Positions 24,791 to 39,200 of a stretch of DNA of 58,079 nt are shown piece by piece. Every line of letters starts with the position of its first letter. Position 1 is the stretch's first letter. Source of the DNA: Octopus bimaculoides (lineage: Eukaryota); assembly GCF_001194135.2 (NCBI RefSeq), contig NC_068992.1, positions 29,086,340 to 29,144,418 on the forward strand. The letters are read 5' to 3'. The position numbers and the translations under genes are program-made. The notes under the pieces are model-generated. The model was not told where the DNA came from. It saw only the letters and a list, made by a program, of their open reading frames with translations, and ran no database searches.

Positions 24791-24920
24791 ACACACACAC
24801 ACACACAGACACAGACGCACACACAGACACACACACACACGCACCCGCGCGCGCGACGGGCTTCTTTCAGTTTTAGTCTACCAAATCCACTCATAAGGCT
24901 TTGTTTGGCTCGAGGCTATA
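24640..24920 (-). mobile_element. SINE family B with internal (CA/CAGA)n
   Basis: CGACGGGCTTCTTTCAGTTT..AAGGCTTTG and CCGCTAAGTTATGGGGAC are the reverse complement of the 9962-10440 copy. Confidence 0.85.
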
Positions 24921-25518
24921 TATGTATGAAGTTAGTAACGACTGAAGCATTATTAATTCCAAAAAAGCAATGTTGTGTTAGAACGTTGAATACAACGTTA
25001 CTTATCAACAGAGAAACCCTCATATGGAATTGTGGGGCATAAAAGCAGTCGTGTTTATATCGCTGGCGGGAGATAATCCTCCACAACCGCAGCAATACCA
25101 CACTACCATATCACATGGTTTTCGCCTTCCTTGGCCTTCTTAGTGGGAGATACGCGCGGCTAGACATAGCAGCAATTCTCCCATCTGCGACATACATAGA
25201 ATACAGGCAGTAGTGAAGCAAAGCAAACAGCCAGTAGGCTTATTAAAAATAATACCAACAAAAGTAGTATCAATACCGAATGGTAAATAATAGCAACAGA
25301 AGCAGTGGAAGGCGGAAATCACATGATCTATCATTTGCATAAGGTCAAGTTTTCATCGCCTTTACAATTCCATCGTTTATCAATTTTAAGTGGTAATTGT
25401 TTTCTTTTTAGGAAGCCTTTGACTTTATTAAGTCGAATTTGACGTATTTTCGGATGCAGTTTATCCGAATGGTATAAACTGCATTTTGTGTTTATGATGC
25501 TTTTCTTCCCTGTGTATG

Positions 25519-25552
<34 letters not shown>

Positions 25553-28500
25553 TGTATGTATGTATGTATGTATGTATCTATCTATCTATCTGTCTACATA
25601 CATACACATATATATTTATTTTCAAGTTTAACTGGTGCGCTGCTAGGAATGTGTTTAAATCTGCTGATATAAAGTTAAAAATATAAAAACTGCAAACACA
25701 AAAATAAGGCATGGTATCGACTTGTAGACTTTTAATATACTTGGTAGTATAAGATGGCAGCAAAACGAAATACAATGTCCTAGCTAGCAATCTTTACGTA
25801 TTAGTTGCCAGAAATGCGTTTAATATGCTAAGTGGTCTATCAAATAATGATGCACCGCTAAACTTACTGAGTATTTAAGCAATGCGTTCGTGGATAGTTG
25901 ATGGGTTGGATGTAGTGCTGATGAAGGAGCAATAAATCTTGAAATATGCATATACACCCATTACCAATTTTTCTACCTTCGATCGCATTCTTTCCATAGA
26001 CGTATTTGGATATGAAACATCATAACTTTCACGGCTGGCTCTGATCTCTACAGATTTTCTGTAGAGATAAATTTAAAAATGGAAACAATGCACTCCTAAC
26101 ACAAAATTAAGGCACAATATCGACTAGTAAACCTTGGTAATATATTATTAATACAAAACGGAATACAGTGTCCTTGCTAGCAATTCATGTATGTATATAT
26201 ACATATAACATATATATAACATATATATATCTTTGCGTGTACATAGCCATCCAAACACACACATACATAAATATATACGTATATATCAGGAGAGACATAG
26301 ATAGATAGATAGAGAGAGAGAGGGGGGGGGGGGAAATGGCGCTTCGATCTTACATTTTTGTCGGTAACTCATTATGCAGCTATTTATCTGTCTTCTATTT
26401 TTTCAGAAAATCGACTTGCATCGCAGAGGCAGGAATAACTGTTGCTATCTCTGACAGTAATATTTTGACAGCGAAGTCGCTGAAATTTAAAATGAGCTTA
26501 GTTCTAGTAATTCTTCTAGCCACGTTACATAAACGATTGAAACAGAGACGCATTGTCTATGTTGACTGAGAATGTGATATCTATGTTGTCAAAGAAAGCG
26601 TTATATATGGATTCAGTGAGTGACAGTTTCTTCCTCCTTATTGCTGCATACTGTTACTTTGGTGCAATATCTGGGCAAAGCAGGTACCTAAGCCATAAAA
26701 TAAAATACACGGAAACCTCTCCATGGTAGCTGTGTCTGATACATATAAGTTAGAAATTCACACCATCTTACGTAATATACACACATGCCCTCTTACGCCA
26801 TGTACACACACACTCACACACGCGCACGCACGCGCGCGCACACGCAGACACATACACAAACGTACATTTACATACACTTTTATATATATATATACATACA
26901 TTTTATATATATATTCATATATATATGTGTGTCTTTGTGTGCTTGTATGTTGGTAAAACCAGTTGGCAAAATTTCCTCAAATGACGCTTTTTGGCTTTGG
27001 TTGAAATAGTCTATGCAAAAAACTGACTCAGTCTCTGAATTACGAAAACAAAAGCTTAACTTCTAAATAGTTAAATTTTGTATCTGCTTTTAACTTTCCT
27101 TTATATTTTTATTGTTGCTTTTATTTTTGGATATCAGTGTTTTGATTCTCGTAGATTCCGATTGGGAACAAAAATGCCTTTAAATATAAAATGCATTTTT
27201 GTTCCCTGACAACGTGTATTAACACTTCAAACAAATATGATAGGATGTTACCTATGTCGATAGTAAAAGGAACGGGTGTCCAAAGAAGATGGTTTTTCGT
27301 TTAACCACTTAAAGACAGCAGCCAATTCTATCTCGAAATTCCACCATAGTCTCTTAGATATGTGCTTATGTATGATACAACGCTGAAGACCTCCTCATTG
27401 TAGCTTGACCTGAGGAAAACTGTTATATATACGTACACATGCACGTACGCATGCATGCATACATAGTACGTTTGTATGCATGTCTGAGAACTCTGAGTGA
27501 TAGCTAAATCTTCTACATATGGAGTTAAATCCCCTCAAAGTATATTGTTACTCGGAGCTGTTGGATGGATCAAGCAATCAAAAAATTTTTGTTGTAATTC
27601 TTTAATCTATTTGTTGTGTTTAAACGCTTTCAGGTTGAGGCATTTCGTCCAGGGAAAATCCCTTTAAGACGTTGAGTGTTAAAAAATATTCTATACCACA
27701 AAATTTGTGTGGTACGTTACACATCAGCAGATAAATTTTACGCTAGTTGGCAATTTTGCGCTAGTACTTAGACCAGCAATTTGAATCAATTTCCGGGGTG
27801 ATTCGGGTATACAGTACTGACCAGTAGAAATATCGATATCTACTGTTCTCGATCACCTACAGAGCGATTGTCTTCGCCTGGTTTTGAGTGATGCAGTGTT
27901 TTTTTTAACACTCTTAAATGGATTTTCCCCGGACGAGGTACCGCAGCCTGAAAGCATTTAAACAAAACACATGCATTAAGTATGCAACATAATAATGTTA
28001 CATTATTACGTCAGCTTCTGACACAAAATTAAATTTTGCTATAATTCCTATTTTAGTGAAAATAGACAAAGTTTCTTTTTTATTAGTTAATTTGAAATGT
28101 ATATCAAAATCAGCACAATACTACCTAGCGTTATTTTGTCTCAGTAACCGGACAGTACCTAGTCTCTCTGTTAGTGTTAATGTTGAAGGACGATGGTCGC
28201 TAGCCGAAAAAAGAGTATGTCAGTGAAAATATTTTATAACGTCTCTTTACATTACATTCTGAAATCTCACCGGGGTGGTCTTCACTTTTTTTGCTGTAGA
28301 GTCAATAAAAGAAGTACATTGTTACAGTTAATCGACTATTTCCTTCCCCACAGTTCATGTTGCACCAGTGTGGTACCTTTAATGAGAAAACAACAAAGGC
28401 AATGGTACCGTTAATGAGAAAACAATATCTCTCTGAATACGACGTGAGAATTAAAATTAATGTTTTGTACTAATCATGAATGTGTTTTATCAGAAAACAT

Positions 28501-28619
28501 AGTTGCATATTAAATTTGCCATTGGCAATTCTTTCACCATGACACATGGATAAGGGTGGTACTAGAAAATGTTTTAGTGGTCCATTGACTTACATTACAA
28601 CTTACAAACGTATGGACGC

Positions 28620-28790
28620 TAACATACTTTTGTGGTTAACATGTTTGCTTCGAACTATGTGATTTTAAGTTAGATTCCATTGCATGGCACTTTGATAAGA
28701 AGCCTTCTGCCATAGTTTCAGATTAACTAAAGCTTTGTGAAATTTGGTGGAGTGAAATTGTATTTAAGTCTGTTAGATCAATCTTGATCT
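28620..28790 (+). mobile_element. Old degenerate SINE family B head
   Basis: TGTGGTTAACATGTTTGCTTC..GCATGGCACTTTG..AAAGCTTTGTGA colinear with the family B head. Confidence 0.5.
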
Positions 28791-29612
28791 TGAGGAATAG
28801 CCTTAATTCGTCGCCCTGTTTAACATACAATTCTTTTGTATACTAAATCTACCTGATCTATGAATGCCTTTAGTATGTTCCATTCTGTTGCAAGCATTCG
28901 GACCAGATCTCCGAGGCACAGATAATTTGCTTCCTCCCTTTCTCCGGTTGTCAAGGCCAAGAATAGAGTCGTAGGCAATGGCCTCACTGGTTAATCCATG
29001 AAATATTCGTCAGATTAAAGAGTATCAAATTATATCTCCTTAAAGCAAATATATATATAATCATATGCCAACTGGTTTCAGAACGTATTGAAAACCACAA
29101 GAAAACACGGTATGCTTGCTACGACAATATCTGATCACTTCAGCTAGTTGTTATTGTTTATGTTCGGCCCCACGTTTAATCAACAATTGAGCAATCATTG
29201 ATAAGACGCGGTAAGCCGTCATAATTCCAGGATTTTCGGACAGCGTGAACTAAGACTACAATATTCCCTGTGTCTCCCCGTTTTATGACTTGATTGATAT
29301 CTGGTTATTATTTCTAGCAGATTAAGCAAACTAATAAACGCTACCTTGTTGGTCCGGTGCCAATTAGTTATATTGTTTGAGTTTAATTCCTGACAATGAT
29401 AGGCGACAAAACACTGTTGAACAAGAGATGTTTCAGCAGGTCGAGTTGATGGCGTGTTTTCAAATTCGATTGAAAGCCACTTATATTCATGCACTTACAT
29501 AATATAGGTACTGCATACTTTCGAACTTCTCTCTCTAAGTTAAAAAGATATTTTAAGGTGAGCAAAAATATCTGATAATAGTTATAATTGTGCTTGTGTA
29601 CATAACGGCTGG

Positions 29613-29997
29613 GGAGTGGAGGTGCAATAGCCCAGTGGTTAGGGCAGCGGACTCGCGGTCATAGGATCGCGGTTTCGATTCCCAGACCGGGCGTTGTGAG
29701 TGTTTATTGAGCGAAAACACCTAAAGCTCCACGAGGCTCCGGCAGGGGATGGTGGCGAACCCTGCTGTACTCTTTCACCACAACTTTCTCTCACTCTTTC
29801 TTCCTGTTTCTGTTGTGCCTGTAATTCAAAGGGTCAGCCTTGTCACACTGTGTCACACTGAATATCCCCGAGAACTACGTTAAGGGTACACGTGTCTGTG
29901 GAGTGCTCAGCCACTTGCACGTTAATTTCACGAGCAGGCTGTTCCGTTGATCGGATCAACTGGAAGCCTCGAATTCGTAAGCGACGGAGTGCCAACA
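29613..29997 (+). mobile_element. Full-length tRNA-derived SINE (family C) with 13-bp TSD
   Basis: A-box-like TAGCCCAGTGG, B-box GGTTTCGATTCCC, tail GACGGAGTGCCAACA. TSD ACATAACGGCTGG at 29600-29612 and 29998-30010. Confidence 0.9.
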
Positions 29998-30399
29998 ACA
30001 TAACGGCTGGTACAATAATGGTATAGTAATAATAGTGCTCAAAACATATCATCATGATGAACTTTGACTTATTTTCGATTCGGAAAATGCTTGACCTGAG
30101 AAAATACATCTTTATTTGAAATTTAGCTTTCCCGCACTTAATCGATATGCAGTTTCAGCTGAGCTTCATTAGTTTATTCAGTTACGTATGACATGAATTT
30201 TCGGTTTCATTCGCTATTTTCCCCTTCTAATGAAAGTTGCTTGATTATATTTCTCTTGACATAATTCTTATTTTTCTACTAAATGCTAAGCAGGTAAAAT
30301 AATATAATGACCGGCATACGTTAAATAAATGCGATCATAAATAGCAAATGCATAAGTATATAGAATGATGGCATAAAGAACAAAAACATGGAAACATTC

Positions 30400-32275
30400 A
30401 AACTGATCATTGGAATATTACATTTAATTGAGTCAAATTCATAGTAATGCAATAAGATGATGGAAAGAGGTCAGCTATTATAAGTGTAGAAGTTGTTAAT
30501 GGAGACAAAATCTTAAAAGAAGTGGAAAAGGTAGGAAGATCAACAAAAGATTGCACAGAAACTGAAGCAGATGAAATACCAAAGACATTTAAAGTATTAG
30601 GAAACTACAACCTAGATCTAATAACATACTTATATAATTTAATGTATAAGACTGGACGCAAACCAACCTATGAGAAATAATCTGTTTTTGATTCATTAGC
30701 ACAGAAACGAACACCTCAGGACTTCACGGGGTTTAGATCCATAAACCGAAAAAAATCTTTTAGCTCAGTGGGCTTACTATTAAAAAAGTTACCCAACAAA
30801 GAATTACAGCATGGATAACTGAAGCAGTCAACTACATTGTGGTTTTAGAGTAGGAATTGAAACTCGTGAAGGAACATGTAGTCTCAAAAGACAATACTTA
30901 AAAGAGCTTTGGGGGATAAATCAAGGTGTTCACATAAAACCTTATAGACTATATCAAGGAATTTGACACAGTAAAACATGTGAAGATGATCGAATGTCTA
31001 TCAAAATTTGTGAGATGTGATGAAGAACTCCAAATATTAATTTCAAATTTTGACACAAGGCTGGCAGTTTCGGGGAAGGAGTAAATCGATTACATCGATC
31101 CAGTGCTCGACTGGTACTTATTTTATCTAACCCGAAGGGATGAAAGGAAAAGTTGACATCTACAGAATTTGAATTTCAGAATGTGAAGGTGAGCGAAAAG
31201 TCGCAAAGCATTTTGATTGGGTGCTAATGATTCTGCTAGCTCTCTGCCTTGAAGTACTCCAAATATTGACAAAAATATACTGGGAGCAACAGCAGCGGCG
31301 GCCAGAACTGAAAGATGAAAAATCACAGAATGAAACATTAGAAATGAACACTTGCAAATCTGGGTTCGTTTCCTTTAACCTGTTTAACATCTGAACTGAG
31401 AACTGACAAAAAGAAAATTTCTTTGAGTTTCAAAAGGAGGAGTGAATACCAATAAACTTAAATATTCAGATGAAACTTTCTCATTAACTTTCAAGAGAAA
31501 TGACCTATAGAACCTGGAAACATCAATAAATGAGACAGGAATGTGTTACGAAATAGTAATGGATGTAAAGAAAACAAAAACCAATTATAATCAACAAGAA
31601 ACAACAATCACTGAAAGTAAATATTGCAATTGAAGGAAAGCCAACTAGATAGATACCAAAGTTAATGTGCCTGGAATATTTGCAATCAGAAAATGTGAAA
31701 TAGGATGTAGAACTCAAAGAAGGATTTAAATAAGTAGAAAATCATTTGAGAAAAAGTCAAATACACTGACATTAAAAACAATATCACAAGTGGGAAAATG
31801 TTATGCATGGTTCACGCTACGATACAGAATTGAAACATGGATATTACACTTTGATCTAAGCCAAAAGGTCGAGAAGCGATTGACACATGGATTAACAAAA
31901 GTATTATCGAATAGATTACATGCCTTTGAAATGTGGGCATATAGTGGGTTTTTGAGAATATTACGGACAGAACACAGAGCCAATGATGAAGAAATGAATT
32001 GCATAGGTAAAATTATATTAGACACCAATGAAGAGAGAAAATGAAAATATTTTGGACACTTAATTAGAAAATATGGATTACTGAAACTTTTAATACAGGC
32101 AAAATGAACGGGTTAAAAAGATAGAAGGGAAATCCAAGAATTACTGGACTGATAATATAAAGAGACTGACAGATTCAAAATACAGAGAATATCTAAGGAC
32201 AGCACAAGAGTGAACTGAGACAGTGATCCATATATTTCAACTTGTTGAAACTGAAGATACAGCTAGATGAGAATG
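30400..32275 (+). mobile_element. RTE-clade LINE relic, interrupted by a SINE
   Basis: Motifs GFRVGIETRE, IDYIKEFDTVKHVKMIECL, LKYSDE (YADD-equivalent, ~31460), FEMWAYSGFLRILRTEHRANDE, KYFGHLIRK..LLIQ and WTDNIK, in RTE order. Confidence 0.8.
31062..31250 (-). mobile_element. SINE family A inserted in the RTE relic
   Basis: GTCGATTACATCGA-like segment, CTGGTACTTATTTTATC, GGATGAAAGGAAAAGTTGAC. Confidence 0.75.
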
Positions 32276-35200
32276 TTTAAATACGAACAAAAAAAAAAGC
32301 GTTAGCGTACAATCCATTACTGTCGTAAACATGAGAATTGAATTAGTTTTTCTTCTTCGTAATGCTGTCAGAAAACCTTTACTCTATACATTTATTGAGC
32401 CCAATTCAGTTCTTAATTTTTGCTTTTTATATAAGACCGAGAATTTGTAAAAGGGAATACTGAGATTATGTGACATTTTTGCCTCTTAGAATTCCTTTCC
32501 CTAGGCGAGAGAAAGAGATCTGCAGCAAGTGAGAATCGAAACCTACTGTTGCAATACAGAATTTATCACAGATGATTGATTCAATCATTTGAATGTGGAC
32601 TAAAACGTGAACAGAAATTACAGCAATAGCAGTTTGTGGTTTTTGTATAACTGAATATTTGGGATGTAGGAAATGATATATATTTTTTCTATTTCTTTAT
32701 TCATTTTCTCACATTTTACTCACTTGCTAACTAATATCTACCGCAATCAATAACTTCTTCAGAAACTCATTGATTCATTCAGTCATTCATTCAACCATCC
32801 ATTCTTTTCTCAGGACACAGATAATATAGAAAAAGAAAAGTAGAAGAAAATCACGAACAGCAAATAGAAAAAATGGAAAAAATAAGGAGAAGAAATATAA
32901 TAATAAAAAGAAAATGAAGAAGAAAAGAGCGAAAAAGGAGAAGAGTCGATGGTGGCAACGATAAAGAAAGAGTTAAGAATATAAAAGAGGAAGGAGAAAA
33001 ACGTAGTGACAAGAAAAAGAAAGCAAAAATCTCGATGAAATGGATGGCGACAAAGAAGACAGAGAAAACTATGGATAAAGACATAAAAAATGAAGAAAAA
33101 AAAATGGAGATTTATTTAGATGTCTTAGCAGATCAATCTCTTCTCAAAATGCCAGCCTGAATTTGACCAAGCAATTACAAATATCGGTGAAAATGTGGGA
33201 TTTTCCACATGAAACATCACAAAGACATAAATGTCGTTTCAAGCAGTTATGTTGCCAAACTTAACTTACTAAGCAGAGGTTTAATCGATCAGGAAAAGCT
33301 GGTTCAAAACGAAACTGTACTTGTTCGATATTTACCTTTCCTTTCCATCTTCCCTCTCAAAGAAGCAACATTAATGAAGGACGTGAACATCCTTTATAAA
33401 CTGCTTGTCAGTGAAGAACCATGTAGCCAGTCTACATATATAAGAGTCTTCGGTCTATCCTGTGACAGGAATTTCTTTCATAATGCCCTTCTATATTTTG
33501 ACGTGACGCTAGCTCGGTGTAGTACCATGTAGAAGTAAGACCCCGCATCAAAGGAGAACTGAAGATAATATTGTTTAATCTACGACATAACATGGACGTA
33601 ATCACAAATATAGCCATCAATTTCCTAGCTTCATTAAGGCAACACTTTCCACCAACGCCTAAATGTATTAATCTTTTCAATATTCACAACGTTTATATTA
33701 GACTGGATAACATTTCATCACAAACAACACACTAGATCGAATAGTTACGTAGTCTCTGCTCCAACAATCTTGCTGTACTGTCGAAAACAACCCGATTGGC
33801 CACTCAGATCTCATCTTTGCTAAGGAATTATATATCGAGTATCTGTAGTACCTCTCATCAATATTGAAAGGAATTATACGAAACTAACGATTTTAAAGAT
33901 TATCATCACTAATCTCAATCACTGAGGTCAATAAGCAGGAAACATTCTACTTTCCTGCTCCAATTCATCTGGAAACTCAAGGACCAAAGACACGAATGTC
34001 CACCAATAACTTGGATTGTTGTTAGTTAAGCTGAACAATACTTTAATGAATTGCCAAATTGCTGACTCCCTAACTGAATGCTTGCAGATCCTTAAAGAAC
34101 TATCAATATTACTGAAAAGATCTGAAATATTGTCTTAATGCCATCATTGGAAGAGTTTTCACCCGGAAAATGTTTAGTGATCTGATTTCCCAGCTAATAC
34201 AACATAACTCCATAGATTTCAGATCTGACAAACAACACTGTGTACTCTCCTTACATTATATAAGTTCAGTTTTATTCTGGCTTGCAATATTTTTCATTGC
34301 TGCTGTGTAACTACCTTTCACAATTGAAGAGACCTCGTTTGGAAGGTTATACCCATAATTTACGTGGGTAAAACTTAGAATAGCGATGAAATAAACCACC
34401 AACTATTAACCTATAAAATAATAGCTCTGGTCGATCTCTCGTTAGAGTAGAAAGTAACTACTCGAAGTATCCTACTGCGGAATCAAACGCGAAACCATGT
34501 AACTGTGAAGTGTCAAGAATAGCTGGAGCTTATAATACTCACATCCCTCGAAAACGTAAGGCATCTGTTTTCCTGTTGAGTTTTCTACTTCATGTAAAAG
34601 AAACCAATGTTTTACCTTGAATACATTAGAACGTTTGATTCCTGCCCGTCTATGTTCTCAGTTCAAAAACCGTCACGGTCAACTTCGTTTCCCATTCCTC
34701 AGGAATTTGAATGATATTAAATATAAACTAGCAATATTGTATCAACTGTACACAGCTTCTATAAAAATTGGCCTTATGCCTATGCAAGAAATCAATATTT
34801 TCGTAAACAGCAGGCAGGCTAGTTTAATTTTAGGTTAGTCTTTGATGGTCAACAAAATAAACGAACAAACAAACACACAAATAACACAAATAAACAAACA
34901 AGCAAATGAATACACTAAAATAAATCAAACGTGAAAAAGTAAATAGAATATATAAATAAAGAGAAGCTAATTTTCACCTGTTCAAACACACAGCAAAGTA
35001 AGAGGAGAGTAATTATATTTATCGATCTCTTTAATGTGGCCAATATTTGCAAAATACAATTAAGCACGCGCCGCTTGCGCTTTGCATTGATTTTATATCA
35101 GAAGCTAATCGTCTGCTCTTAAGTTCCTAATATCTGAATATAAGTCACTCTAATTGTAAGACTTCAAGTATTAATGTCTTCCTTGTCACTGATTACTCCG

Positions 35201-36187
35201 ACACCGAGTGATATACCTATTTAGAGAAGATTAACTGAAATAATTGCATCTCTATATTCTTTGTGCTTAAGTTAAATCTATCAACAGCACTTACATCAGT
35301 AAATATTTCCCTCCTCTCCACCTATAAAAAATAAAAAGAAAAAATAGAGGTGAGAAAAAGCATCATATTATATTGTAATTGTTATATAACACCTCATCAT
35401 ACGTGCCTCCGAGCTGACCTAAAATAATTAACTCATCAATCTTTATTTTAGACTAATACCCACTAGATTGGTTCACCTATCATATATTCACTTATGACCT
35501 TTCCTCACCTCCCAGACCTCGTAACTTGCTCGCTCAAACATTAATCCAATAAAATGTTTTCCTTGACTGTCTCTTTTGTTACATTTGTACTTGTTTAAAA
35601 CTATTCAAACTACAATTTTCTCGCTAAATCTGCTCTCAACCCCACCATATATCTCGTAACAAATGTTTTCATTAAAAAACTGCATTTCCGAGAAACTTCT
35701 ACTTTGTCCATTTGCTTTTGTAATTAATACCAAACTGTTTTGGCAGTGTTTAAAAGCCATCACTCATAAGATAATTAATTAACTACTCGTAATCAAACAA
35801 TAAGAGCTACACGGATCAACATGGTAACCTTTATTTCATGGTTCATTTTGTTAAATGTTCCTCAAATCACGTGCTAGCGTCTTTCTTATATATATATGTA
35901 TGTATATATATATATATATATATNNNNNNNNNNNNNNNNNNNNNNNNNNNNNNNNNNNNNNNNNNNNNNNNNNNNNNNNNNNNNNNNNNNNNNNNNNNNN
36001 NNNNNNNNNNNNNNNNNNNNNNNNNNNNNNNNNNNNNNNNNNNNNNNNNNNNNNNNNNNNNNNNNNNNNNNNNNNNNNNNNNNNNNNNNNNNNNNNNNNN
36101 NNNNNNNNNNNNNNNNNNNNNNNNNNNNNNNNNNNNNNNNNNNNNNNNNNNNNNNNNNNNNNNNNNNNNNNNNNNNNNNNNNNNNNN

Positions 36188-36255
<68 letters not shown>

Positions 36256-37994
36256 GTACCTACGTATATTTTATGCATATATGAATACAGCTGAAATATC
36301 TTTTACTGTACATCTGTTTGATCAGGCTCAACTGGTGCTAAACACGATCAACATAAAATCAACACGTGAAAACGGATGTGTTACATTAAATGAGGATATT
36401 TTTCCAAGCCTCTTCAAAGCGTTATCAATCTTTTGGTGTTTCTCCTTTCCTTTCTTAGCTAACAGAACGTGCGCAATCTTTGGTAACCTTCTCAACAAGA
36501 ACTGTGTGCATAAGTACAATTTTAACGTGAAAATGCAAATATAGTTCTCCACTGTGTACTTTCGTGATTTTTTAAAGAAACATCATCTAGTTAACTAGAT
36601 AGTCGGAAGAACTGCAAGATAATAAAAAGCGTGCATAAATGCTTTAAGGCACTGTGTCTAACGATCTATCTGTTTAGCTAGACTGGTACATTATTCTATT
36701 AATCTCGGAAGTGTGTATCTGATGGTATTTGAACCCAAAACGAGAAGAGCCGAAGAAATACCGCAAGACATTCTGCAGGAGTCATGACCCACTCTATAAA
36801 TTCGCTTTTCTGGTACTCAAGTCTCTGATAAAGATGGATGTCTAACATAATCTCTGAATAAAGTAAATTAGAGATTAAGCTACAATCTTTCCTTAATCAT
36901 ACGATATACTATTAAAGTATTCCAGTAATTGACCATCATTATATGTGTAACGAATTAAAAGTAAACAATATATATCCAGTTATTCCTCGATTAATGAAAA
37001 ATAATATAATTAAATACTAAGCTACGTACTTACCAGCTGTTATCTATGATAAATATCTAAACGCACAGAAAACGTACAAAATTTAACCGAAGCTGGACAG
37101 AAAAACTAACTTCCTGACTTGAGTTTTTACTCTTATTGCATAGTTTAGTATTTAACTGAATTTGTTCCCAAAGACTAAAATGAAAATTAGAATTTCTAGT
37201 TCACTAACATTACTATATTTGTTGGGCTTATAAAACCATCAATTGCGTATTTCTCCATTGCCAGAACAAAATGTATAAAATGATCCCGATAAAGGTACAA
37301 ACTAAAATTAGATCGTTCACTCTTTGCAAGCGGAGAAAAATCTAAAAGCAAGTTTACATTATATGGTCTTGGTTAAATCTTGTGCTATTTCTGTATGTGT
37401 ATATGGTTAAATGCTTTTTAGCCTCGATGTATCGACCTCAAACAAATAATTGCTTTAAGCTATTCAAATGAGTCAATGTAAAGGTTTCTGTATAATTGTT
37501 TGACCTCATAGAAATTACAGTCAAATCAGTTTTAAAATCATACTCTCTTATCTTAAAGATGAGATAATCTAAGTGATACAAATCCTGAATAAAAATGGGA
37601 TAATAATGCACTGAATGCCTTTGGTAATACGTCCACTCGATTAGGGTCAACTTGGTGTTCGTCGTCCTTAACACCAACAACAAATTTTCACTCGTCAAGA
37701 AGGTAAACACTCTCACCGAAGAAGCGGTTCCTCTCTGTTTTCTACTGCTTCTATTTAGCCCCACACTCAGGGCATTGCAACTGCAGTTCCACGAATTAAC
37801 ATGAGATCCACTACGAAATCATTGGATCTATTAAAGCGGAAGGCAAATCTTCAAAATGATGCTCTATAGACTTTATAGAGGAAGAGCACGTTGGATAAAG
37901 TTGCTCTAGATAATTGTTTTGAGTTGGTAAGGGAGACAATGATTTTGAATATGAATCTTCCTGATAAGGGCTGACTTGAGGACGGGCCAGATAT

Positions 37995-38032
37995 TAATAA
38001 CAACAACGACGACATCATCATCATCGTCATCG

Positions 38033-38063
<31 letters not shown>

Positions 38064-38152
38064 TATCATCATCATCATCATCATCATCATCAACAACAAC
38101 AACAACAATGACGACGACGATGACGACAACAACAACAATAATAATAATGACA
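37995..38152. repeat. (ATC)n/(AAC)n/(AAT)n microsatellite
   Basis: Directly visible. Confidence 0.95.
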
Positions 38153-38625
38153 GTAGTCCCATGAGAGAAACTTGAGATTGATGTCAGGTTAGGATCATTA
38201 CAAAAAGCCAATACTTTATCAATCTTACGTTAGATTGATCATAATTATATACTGTAATCACAACATCAAAGCAGCTTACGAGAAGCAATTAATTTATCAT
38301 CCTTATGTTAAATTAATTATATGCTTTTATGACAATCAGCAACGAATCTGGGTTGTCAGTGAGAACACTTAGTACAATAGATGTGTGGCGGTTGATCGAA
38401 TATGAACAACGTTCGTAAAAAATGGTTCTTTAGTGACGGCCCTTTGCACTCTGAATTCAAATCCTGGTAGGTGGTTGAACTTTGGTTTTCATTCTTTCAT
38501 CTTCTCAAACAGCTAAAATTAAGTATTAGTCAAGAATTTGGGTCATCATCATTGACTATTTCACATTCCTCCAAACAAACTTTAAAAATCACCAAGACAA
38601 CAAAAAGGAAATGAATGACTTATCA

Positions 38626-38836
38626 GAGATGGCAGAAACGTTAGCACGCCGGGCGAAATCCTTAGCGGTATTTCGTCTGACTTTACGTTCTGAGTTCAAA
38701 TTCCGCCGAGGTCGGCTTTACCTTTCATCATTTCGGGGTCGATAAATTAAGTACCAGTTACGCACTGTCTGTCCTTTGTCTGTCCTTGTTTGCCCCCTCT
38801 ATGTTTAGCCCCTTGTGGGCAAGAAAGAAGTAAGAA
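38626..38836 (+). mobile_element. SINE family A (young copy, GGGCAA-type tail)
   Basis: GGCAGAAACGTTAGCACGCCGGGCG..GAGTTCAAATTCCGCCGAGGTC..GATAAATTAAGTACCAG..TGTGGGCAAGAAAGAAGTAAGAA. Confidence 0.9.
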
Positions 38837-39029
38837 TATTGCTCCTCTCGCAGCTGAATTTGATTTCATGCATGTCTGTTTGTTGTTTAGGTCCATCTCA
38901 ACTTAGACAAAGCAGATTTATTCCGTAAGATATTCTCGCCATGACTATAATGGTATTTTCCTCAAACACAGTATACCTAGGTCATAATTACCTAATAAAT
39001 ATGAAGGTCTGCGACTGACAGAATCGTTA

Positions 39030-39200
39030 ACTCATTAGACAAAATGCTTAGTGGCGTTAATTTCGGGTTTTCATGTGCTGGGATCAAATTCCTCCGAGGT
39101 CAACTTCTCCTTTCATCCTTGATAAAATAAATTGCCAGCTGAGTACCGGGGCCGATGTAATTAATTGTCTACTCTTAAAATTGTGGGCCATGTGCCTAAG
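39030..39200 (+). mobile_element. Older SINE family A copy
   Basis: GAATCGTTA..AATGCTTAGTGG..CAAATTCC..GAGGTCAACTT..TTCATCC..TTGTGGGCCATGTGCC. Confidence 0.65.

Noticed and set aside
26407-26438. Strong acceptor followed by ENRLASQRQE* (possible terminal exon)
   Set aside because: Too short, with no homology and no partner exon; cannot be supported without transcript data.
27376-27430. CTGAAGA-CCTC..GAGG-AAAAC hammerhead-like string
   Set aside because: No stem I complementarity, and the core can only be fitted with forced adjustments.
29618-29690. tRNA-like sequence (also 44783-44849 and 50940-51008)
   Set aside because: No complete cloverleaf; each continues into a SINE body, so these are SINE heads rather than tRNA genes.
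33200-34270. Coding-looking stretch with 82-107-aa ORFs
   Set aside because: No recognisable motif in any frame I translated; left unannotated.
34662-34714. Acceptor followed by QKPSRSTSFPIPQEFE* (possible terminal exon)
   Set aside because: Short, unlinked to other exons and expected by chance at this scale.
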